Positions 54,128-64,000 of a stretch of 64,000 bases of DNA are shown in pieces. The DNA is taken from NCBI GenBank assembly GCA_951406725.2, contig OX597815.1, positions 29,698,001 to 29,762,000 on the forward strand, read 5' to 3'. Under the pieces are notes generated by a model. That model was not told where the DNA came from and did not search any database. It saw nothing but the letters and a program-made list of their open reading frames with translations. The position numbers and the translations under genes are program-made. Source of the DNA: Octopus vulgaris. Taxonomy: Eukaryota. Each line of letters begins with the position of its first letter. Position 1 is the stretch's first letter.

Positions 54128-54680
54128 TCCACGTTCTGAGTTCAAATTCCGCCGAGGTCGACTTTGCCTTTCATCCTTTCGGGTTCGATAAATTAAGTAC
54201 CAGTTACGCACTGGGGTCGATGTAATCGACTTAATCCGTTTGCCCGTCCTTGTTTGTCCCCTCTGTGTGTAGCCCCTTGTAGGCAGTAAAGAAATAGGTA
54301 TTTCGTCTGCCGTTTCGTCTGAGTTCAAATTCTGCCGAGGTCGACTTTACCCTTCATCCTTTTGAGGTCGATAAATTAAGTACCAGTTATGCACTGGGGT
54401 CAATGTAATAGACTTAATCCGTTTGCCTGTCCTTGTTTATCCCCTTAGGAAACTAATATTTTTTTTTACTTCTTGGATAGTGGTTTTAAATTTTGGCACA
54501 CGGCCAGTAATTTCGAAGGAGGAGTTAAGTCGATTACATCGACAGCCAGTTCTCAACTGCTACTTGTTTTATCGATTCCGAAAGGATGAAAGGCAAAGTC
54601 AACATCAGCGGAATTTGAACTCCGGAGGTTATGTCGATAAGCATTCCACCCGGCGTGCTAACGATTCTGTTAATCCGCCG
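54128..54680. mobile_element. SINE family B cluster (dimer on +, one copy on -)
   Basis: Repeated gtcgactttgcctttcatcc domain. Confidence 0.8.
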
Positions 54681-54877
54681 CTCTCTATTTCCTTTAAGTA
54701 TTAATATGTAATATTCTTTTGCATATATTTTGTCATGGGTGCTGAGGACAATTTGACTAGCTACAAAAATAATTAATTAAATTATGCATCAATTCTTCCT
54801 CAGAACTCCAACTTTGATCCCACATTGGAATTTCGCATCAAATTTTGGTATGCGTCAATATATAAATAAATCCTCAT

Positions 54878-55460
54878 ACGAGGTTGTATCAAATAGTTCC
54901 CGGACTAGTTATATTTAATAAAAAAGTTACTTATTTACCTAAATTTTAATATTATCTCCTTCGAAATAGTCACCTTGGGAAGCAATATATCGGTTCCAGC
55001 GTTTCTACCTCTTTTGGAATCCGGCCTAGAAGTAATTTTCTGTAAGCGAGTCGAGGACGTTCAGCGATTCGCTTTTGATCTCGACATCGGTATTCTGTAT
55101 TTTCGTCTTGAGAAAGAGATGGAAGTCCGCAGGTGTTTGGCGAATAGGGCGGGTGCAGAAGCGATACCATGTTGGTTTTGGCGAGAAACTCACGTGTGAG
55201 GAGAACTCGGTGACAGGGTGCACGGTCGTCGTGAAGAAACCAATTCTTCGTGCTCCACAGGTCCGGTCGCTTTCGCCGAATGTTCTCCTCCAAAACCTTT
55301 CAAAACGCCGTTGATTGTCCCCCGACGATCCTCCTGCACATACATGAATTTTCTCCACTTTTCGGGGTGGGGCTGGGGGTGACGCTCGTGGCAAGTCTTC
55401 CAGGTCGCTCATCGTCTTTCAGGGACGTTTTCCCGCCTTGGAACCGCACCTGCTGCTCGA
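54878..55460 (-). mobile_element. Mariner transposon fragment with one TIR
   Basis: GKTSLKDDERPGR, IRRKRPDLW..WFLHDD.APCH, HPPYSP; tacgaggttgtatcaaatagttccc terminus. Confidence 0.85.
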
Positions 55461-55744
55461 AACACACATACATACACACACACTCACACACAGACACACA
55501 CATATATACATAGGATATGTATATATATATATGTATTGATGCTTGTCATTCGGTGCTGGTTTGTTTGGGCCCCCGAAACTTAGCCTATCAGGAAAAGTGA
55601 CTGATACAATAAGTACTAGACTTAAAGAAAATATGTACTGGGGACGATTAGTTCGACTAAAACCCTTCAAAGCAGTGCCCTAGCATGGTCGCTGTCCAAT
55701 GAGTGAAACCACTGAAACCAGTAAGGAGAAAAAAATATATATGC

Positions 55745-55810
<66 letters not shown>

Positions 55811-55874
55811 ATGTCTATATACATAAACATACATGCATATGTACATAGGTACATACGCAGGTATATGTAGGTAT

Positions 55875-55911
<37 letters not shown>

Positions 55912-55997
55912 TCACACACATGCGTGTATACTCTATATATGTATTCATATATTTACATACGATTATATTCTTATGTATATGTTTGTGCATGTTTGTG

Positions 55998-56039
<42 letters not shown>

Positions 56040-56457
56040 TGTGTATGGTTGTGTGTGTGTGCGCATTTGATATAATCCAGAAAGTATATATATATATGTA
56101 CTTATACAAACGTAAGATATTATTTTCTCTAACCCTAAACCTATTGCTCATAAGTCGAGAATCCGACGTCTGTACGCATCTTAGATGGAAATGAACTGAA
56201 CGAAAGAGATTATTTACAACTAGGCGAGTACAGCAAGTAATTTAGATAGAGCAATAGCAAGCTCACGTTACACGTTAATGTTTTCAGAATTACTCTGCAG
56301 CAAGATTGGTATGACTTCTCTGGATTAACTGATCTTTGAAAGTTTAGTGGGAAAAACAAAACATGTGAATATAGATTATATCTATCAATCAAAAATCTTG
56401 GAAATGTGATAGCTGAAAAATGGATATTAATAATGTATTGATATTAGCGTAGTAACG

Positions 56458-56520
<63 letters not shown>

Positions 56521-56844
56521 TTGATGATGGTAATGATAATAATGCTGATGATAATGACGATATAGTTTTCTTCTGGCTAGGCAGAAAGCCAATTCTAAGA
56601 GGAGAATGTGTTGAGTCGATTGAATCAAGTGTTGCAAATTACATGCATTAATTGTATTTTATCGGGAAAATCGAATCTGGTTCTTTTATAATATCTTATG
56701 CTGACAAGGGTCTCTGGAGTGCCAAGAACTTTTAGAAGGCCTGAATAAATAACTTGCCGTATTCAGTTACGCTCTATTTGTTATGCTCTTGTACGTTCTT
56801 GGTTCTAATCCCGTTGAAGTTGAGTTTTTGCGCTTTATCTATAC

Positions 56845-57028
56845 CTATTTCTTTATTACCCACAAGGGGCTAAACACAGAGGGGGCAAACAAGGACAGAC
56901 ATAGGTATTAAGTCGATTACATCGATCCCAGTACGTAACTGGTACTTAATTTATCGACCCCGAAAGGATGAAAGGCAAAGTCGACCTCGGCGGAATTTGA
57001 ACTCACAACGTTTCTGCCAGCTCGCCGC
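56845..57028 (-). mobile_element. SINE family B
   Basis: Matches 31618 copy. Confidence 0.85.
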
Positions 57029-57444
57029 TTTGATCTATACCGAACCGATAAACTTAAGTTTCAATCATGCATTGGGGGTTAATTTAATTCAATTTAATTT
57101 AATTTAATTTAATTTATTATACACCTTGCCGAATAATTTGTGTGCCATTGAGTTATTATAAGTTTGTGTTATGAGTTAGAAGTCAGTAGATTCTAGAAAC
57201 AATTTGTGTATAAATTTATAGATGAGAAAATGGAATCTTTTGACGTTCGATCCTATTCTTAAGGTATTAATAGCTAAATAAGCTAAATAAGTATTTGATT
57301 TTGATTACAGAATTAGTAATTTCATTTTTTGATCAGTAATAGGAAAAAGATGGTAATCGATTAAACTTAAACTTTATACGATTATCAGCATCTCTGCATC
57401 TCTCATATTGTTTGAGCACTTCCTTATCATTCTGCAAGACTTAC

Positions 57445-57445
57445 A

Positions 57446-57484
<39 letters not shown>

Positions 57485-57616
57485 GTTTAACGTCCGTTTT
57501 CCATGCTAGCATGGGTTGGACGGTTCGACTGGGGTCTGGGAAGCCAGGAGGCTGCACCAGGCCCCAGTCTGATCTGGCAGTGTTTCTACAGCTGGATGCC
57601 CTTCCTAACGCCAACC
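57445..57616 (-). mobile_element. SINE/RTE-tail retroposon 3' fragment with (GAT)n tail
   Basis: (CAT)n followed by ggatgcccttcctaacgccaacc motif. Confidence 0.65.
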
Positions 57617-57769
57617 AGTTCATAAGGAATAAAGTAGAAGAATAAAGAGTAAAGTAGATAGAATACAGACAAGAGAACAAAGTTCACAGCTCATTTTTTT
57701 CCATAGGGTATGAAGGTTGGTCCGTACTCCTGTGAAGGTATGTCCTTAGGTAGAATCCCAGGCAAATCC

Positions 57770-57800
<31 letters not shown>

Positions 57801-58517
57801 TGTATGTATGTATGTATGTATGTAGGTGAGTAGATGAGTTGGGATAAATAATCCAGGCATTTACTTTAAGAAGCATTTCCATGGATGGTGGCTATCTGAA
57901 AATTGAAAGATGGGAAGGTCTCTCAGAATGCCAGTGCACCAGTAATCTGAAAATCCACAAAACATCCGCAGAGTATATAGTAAAAATCGTATCAAAGAAT
58001 GAAAGAATGAACAATGAATTAAGCTATAAATGCAATTTTCTAACTTTCTTATTGCACATATGTGTGTCTGTGTGTGTGCTTGTGCGTGTGTGTGAATGCG
58101 TATGCGTGTAAAAATTATATATATTTTTTTCCTAAAACGTATGTCAATCGTAAAATTGTTTTGAATTTCTTGAACTTATCTCCATTTTTCATTCAGAGTT
58201 TCTAACAATTACCACATCCCACAAAAGTTTTGTATTCCTTCAGTGCCTGCGAGAAAAAATTTCAATAAAATCATCATTTCTCATTTACGGTATTCAGTAC
58301 AATCCCGTCGATTTTGTTATCCAAATTTTGTTATGCCTTTGACTGCTTTTGAGTTACAGGAGAAGTGTGTGTGTGTGTGTGTGGGGGCTTTTGATATTTG
58401 ATGCGTGCAGTAAAATAACAAATATGTGGGTTTACAGGTTGAAAGGAAATAGTTTGAATACATCAATCTTATCTAAATATGCAGGAGGATGATTACTATT
58501 TAGGATCATATAATAGG

Positions 58518-58572
<55 letters not shown>

Positions 58573-58653
58573 GCACACATATACTCACATGCAGAATTGT
58601 GACCCTACTTGCTCATGTGTATATAAATATGTAAATCAATACACACACACACT

Positions 58654-58684
<31 letters not shown>

Positions 58685-58849
58685 ACGACTTGTTAACAAA
58701 TTTCCTTTATTCATACATATACTTATAATTTTAAAATAAACATACAAATTTCCGCACGATAGTCTATGCCCTAGGGACGTAACTTCCACCGTGTTCTTTC
58801 TGATGTGAATTTGCTACCCAGGTATCGGTTATCTTTCGAATTATCCTTA

Positions 58850-58934
<85 letters not shown>

Positions 58935-59999
58935 ATACCATCTACATATACATATATGGACACAATGCACAGACACTATACACTAGGAATTATAAGACCT
59001 TCATAAGAAATATTAGATATTTGAATTTTTCCTTATTCCTTAATTTCAAATTCAGAATTCAAACCCCACCAAATATTACGAAGAAATAATTATCTCTCTT
59101 GTAATACTTGCGATCACTAGAGGAAAAATTCGTGTATATATATATACTGCATTTACTCGTATATAAAGGCGCACCCAATATTTCACATGGAAAATACTTT
59201 CATAATAGAAATTCATAGAGATGTACTCAAAATGAACAGTAGATCTCGAGAAATGGGGACAAGAAAGAAGCGACGTGAAGCTGGTGAACACTTAAGGGAG
59301 AAGATGCAAGATAGCAAAAATTCATGGAATCTGTATGCTTTCTATGGGTACACAGGGATGTGTGTGTGAACGCACACGCATATGTATGCTAACAAAGCTC
59401 CTTTTAATGGTATTGAAATGGACAATACGAAATTCTACTTCGACATTTTAGTTGCTGCAACTAAACTTATTTTTTATTGACTGTATTATGTACTCGGTTT
59501 GGTATTGAGTAATATTGAGTAATATTGATGATGTAGTGAACCGGTGATTCGGCGGGTTTGGGTGGAGATGGTATAAAAATCTCTGATTTAGAAGTGTATG
59601 AATGATTTTAGTTGTGTACCAGAGATAGAGTAGAAATTGCTCAATGGCCGATAAGCGGCTGTAGTTCGCTGGTAAGACAGTCTTTGCTCATCAACCGGAT
59701 GGTCTTTGTTCGAATCTGGCTTGGAATAATTGAGTGTAGCAACACAGCTCCTATTCATGCATTAATGGGTTATTATGAACTCATTCAAATATATATATCT
59801 GCTACATCGCTATTTGTGTATATTGGACTTAGAATAGTTTCGAGTGAAATACTTGTAGCTATGTCTTTTACACAAACTAATGTCGACAGAAGACAACATA
59901 TCAATGGATTGTTGGTGAGAAGCATCACGTCTCAACATAAAAAGAGGCTGAATCACAGAGACTTACCTTTCTCTAAAGAGCCAGAAAGTACGTCAGCCC

Positions 60000-60430
60000 C
60001 CAACAATCACTAAACTTACTTTAATGCTCAAGTGAGCCTCTTATTGGAATACTTCTCTAATATCTACAGCGCTGACGCTACTACCCATAAAAACGACCGC
60101 TCTTCCAGTAAATGACTATTTCACTGAATTGCATGACCTCGCTCTCAGACATGCTCCGACCTCTGATCACAGACTTTCTGTCTTCTTTGATGCAACAGAG
60201 ATCTAAACTTTTCATAGGAAGGTGATCTTATGTCATACCTCTTTCAAATCGTATCGATACACCCATTTCTCCTTACCTCGCTGTCTATTCTGAGTTCACC
60301 AATAGGTCCCGCACTAATTACTTTAGTTAGTCCTTCCCACTAGAACTCTCTCACTCTCCACGTTTTTCTTGCAGCTGTTCACTAGAAACCGTTCTCTCCC
60401 ATTTCGGTAAACCTTCAACAGACATGGGTA
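60000..60430 (+). mobile_element. Decayed LINE (CR1/Jockey-like) 3' end
   Basis: RTNYFS.SFP.RT-like terminal motif. Confidence 0.35.
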
Positions 60431-62890
60431 CTACTTTGTCCTCCAGATCGACAAAACCATTAAAAATGTCTAAGTACTAAAATTTTTCGGAGCACTCTAA
60501 TAGCATGTGGGTCACAATGCAGTTTCTGATGGTTAATTTTGGGTGATTTTTCTTTCACAGATCTATTTGATTATTTGCATTATTTCAGATACATTCCATG
60601 CTGTTGAGATCGAATTTGTCTTTCATCCCTTTGGGGGTCTGTTGACAAAATACATAAGTACCAGTTGAACACTGGTGTGGATTTAATCAGCTGCCCCTCT
60701 AAAAAAAAAAAAAAAATCAGGCCTCGCATCTATAGTAGAAAATATTATTTCAGAATAATATTCTGAAGCGTTGTAAATAAATATTTTAATTGATTTCAGT
60801 AGCATTGTATAGACTTTGCGTCTAACCCACACCAAATTATAATAACTCATTTCGCTGTTTTGCGACTACTCCTGGTTTGAGATTAGTGGCGAGAGGTTTC
60901 TTTGATGCGCTAAAACCTCCCCTTCTTCAATCAAAGATGATCCAATTTACTTCAGATTTTGTCCCATAAACAAATAACTGTTTGAAGCAATTGTAATTTT
61001 TAGACGCCAACCCCAAAATTAAGAACAATGAAAAGCCGTAATTTACAACTTTCTGTTTTACAAAAGTAAAAACACAATAGTTTCACAAAATAAATATACT
61101 TACTAAATATATTCTTTTTATTGAAATAAATTGATCTGAGGATGGGGTATTGGGTTTTCTTTTCTTTTTTCTTTTCTGACATCAATAATAGAATAAACAA
61201 ACTAAATAATTATGAGGATTGTGTATAAATAGGATGGGTGTGACCTAGAGCGGGTCCTGGTAGTTATGGAAAACTAAACATTGTAAAGATAATCATAGTT
61301 TACTAACTGATATTGGATATGTGCCGAAGTGTCTGGATACGAAAAAGTTTATGAGAAACCTAAAACTCGACCAATTAAGAAACTATTTTCCTTCAGACAC
61401 TTGAGAGTGTGTAATGTCGGCTGTTCAGATAGGCGTGCCAGTTTTGGTTATTTTTTATCATGAAAAATAAAACAAACACAAAACACAAAAAGACACACAC
61501 ACACACAAAAATAAAACAGAATGGAAAAATAACAACAATAAACGCAAATGAACAAGTTATTTCTGTAATTTTGTAATGGATTTTTTGGTATATGTAAAGG
61601 AATTTGACTGAGAACTTGATATAGTTTCTGTATATAAGACTAACAACTTGTTTGATGTATATAGTTTGCATGATTAAGATGGAATGAAAACTGTGTGGCA
61701 GTAGGAATAGGTATCTAAGAATCGATCTACGTTTGCATAGCTTTAAAATAGGGTAATTTGTCAGAGATAGATTAATCTCGTTAGGAGGCAACAGCTTCAG
61801 TTGTTTAGCTCAGGTCAACTCTGATTGTGTTCACTGCTAGGATGTCATTCTCGCAGACCAATTACTGTTGCAATGAAATCAGTAAGACAGAATAATTTAA
61901 AGGTTTTATAAGACCCGGAAGAGACCCCCGTGATCCTTTGCTTGAATTTTAGTAAATCAAAATGATCTACTCACAGGAATTACTCATCCTTCCATATCTC
62001 GATAATTTCCTGCGAAAAGAGGGCTATTGTTCGTGTTTCTCACCGAGTATGATCGAGTAAAATTTAATTCCTAATTTGTGCATTTGTAATTGGCTTGGTT
62101 AAGCATCAAACAAAGAAAAGAATGGTTGTAAATATGCACGATTTAAGTGTATAAATTATTCACTTAAAAATACTTTGCCACCACTAATTTTATTTGGGAA
62201 ACCGTGATATTTTTGTAACTATGCTTTGGTGTCTTGTTCTGAATGCAGAAGTCTAGATTCTCAATTCTCTAACATCAATATCATATTGATTCCTTTCGAT
62301 AGGTGCCTGGCCATTTGTTATGAAGCAGAAGATGTAATTAATTGCGTCTCTTATCAGAATATTACTGCTACTAATTTTAAGAGCTTCCAATCGTTGCGCT
62401 TGATTGAATCAAAGATAGAATTAGATTCGAATTCATAGGAATATTTATTTGTTTGTAACAATTATTACTTTCTATATAGTATAAAGACTGAAATATTCGA
62501 AAGTCGTGAAGTGTGAAAATTTAATTATGATACACTCCCTCTTCCATGAACTTTACTGATATATTTGGTGATTTGAGGGTAATTATTGAAGCTAGTTAAT
62601 TTTTATTACAGCAAAAAAATGACGATATCAGTCTACATTTGAATTTTCTTATAAAAAATCCGTGGTTCGAATGGGAGAAAAAGAAGATAAATATAGAACA
62701 AAAGAAAAATAATTATAAGAAAGTATTCGAGGGGAAAACAGCATAGGAATGAAAGCCTCTCTACGGATAAGTTTCAAAATGACACCATTCATAAAGAGGA
62801 TAGCGACAAATAAGTGTCACATCTGATCGTTACTGAAATGGGATACTGAGGGTTTTAAATCAGGACTCATCCTGCCAGTCTCTTATCTAG

Positions 62891-63059
62891 ACATTACCAG
62901 AAGTGTGTTCTTAATAAGAATATCAAATGAAACGATGCATGTGTTGACTTTGGATGAGACCTTCGGTCAAATTCTAGCCGAATTCCTTTCACAGGTTGCA
63001 ACAAATTACATCAAAATACAACACAGGAATGCTTCCTATCTTAAAAGGAAGATTTGCTT
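62891..63059 (+). CDS. Candidate coding exon (ITRSVFLIRISNETMHVLTLDETFGQILAEFLSQVATNYIKIQHRNASYLKRKIC)
   Basis: Acceptor tctcttatctag, about 56 open codons, possible donor tt|gtaaat or stop at 63061. Confidence 0.4.
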
Positions 63060-63215
63060 GTAAATGAAGGCTCCATTTGCACAAGAGAAAAAAATACGGT
63101 ATAAGTGTGTCGCAACGACTTTAATAAAAATTGAAAATGATATGGTTTACTGGGATATCCAGATACATATAGTGAAGAACATCAACAGCTTGTATACAAG
63201 TCTCCAAACACACAA

Positions 63216-63270
<55 letters not shown>

Positions 63271-63679
63271 AACACATACACACACGCACACATACACATG
63301 TACAAGCATATACACAAATACTCATATCTTAGAAATTGAAAGAGCGTGCATATGAGATAAGAACATAAAAATTGTTCTAATTGGTCAATTGTCATATTAG
63401 TGATAATAGTTGTGAGGCAGTGTGCGGGAGAAAAATTGAATTGCCTTGGAAAGCTTCTGTAATTGAATTTTAGAAGTTAACAATCCGAGGAAGTGTCCTT
63501 GCACTGTGTAGACGCTTTCTAGGAAGTAAAAGACAAAGCAAGGCGTATAACTAATTCTAGTCTACTTCAGAATTATAGAAACGCTATGCTAGAATAGAGT
63601 ACAGGTACCTGCAATAGGATATTAATAGTGATGATGATTGGGACAATGCAAACAATGTAGAGAGAGTGAATTAGTCTAT

Positions 63680-63825
63680 TAAACTGATCCTAGTACTTGA
63701 TTGTTGTTTTATTTTATCGACCCCGGAAGAATGAAAGACAAAAATAGCCTACGCGGGGTTTGAACTCAGAATGTAAGGAACCGGAACAAATACCGTAAGG
63801 CATGTTGTCCAACGCTCTAACGAGC
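63680..63825 (-). mobile_element. Diverged SINE family B
   Basis: ttttatcgaccccggaagaatgaaag...tttgaactcagaa. Confidence 0.65.
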
Positions 63826-63828
63826 CTA

Positions 63829-63861
<33 letters not shown>

Positions 63862-64000
63862 TGTATGTATGTGTGTGTGTCTTTTTGCCTATTCCCAAAT
63901 GGCTAGACAGCAGGTGTCAGCTTGCTTATGGACCCGTAAACCAGCGGTTCGATAAAAGCGACTGTTAGAGTTAGTACCACACCTTAAAAGAATAACTACT

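Overview
AT-rich, microsatellite-dense eukaryotic DNA; the SINE, LINE and DNA-transposon families suggest an octopus genome (inference). Most listed ORFs are simple-repeat artefacts. The window is mostly intron/intergenic DNA filled with tRNA-derived SINEs, decayed LINEs (L1/Tx1, RTE, Jockey/CR1-like, RLE-type), Penelope-like GIY-YIG remnants, a full-length mariner and hAT/Tigger/mariner relics. A minus-strand gene encoding a single-pass membrane protein (EVC/EVC2-like N terminus) starts near 9.5 kb and runs off the left edge; a few other candidate exons lie on both strands. Main finding: non-coding elements carrying type I hammerhead ribozymes. A 352-bp monomer at 14833-15682 occurs as a 1.4-mer plus an inverted, circularly permuted monomer, and an unrelated 362-bp unit lies at 36432-36924; both match circular-RNA non-LTR retrozymes. 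There is also a TSD-flanked 1.8-kb retroelement encoding only ORF1 (HAL1-like) and several fold-back structures. All calls are by eye; no searches were run.
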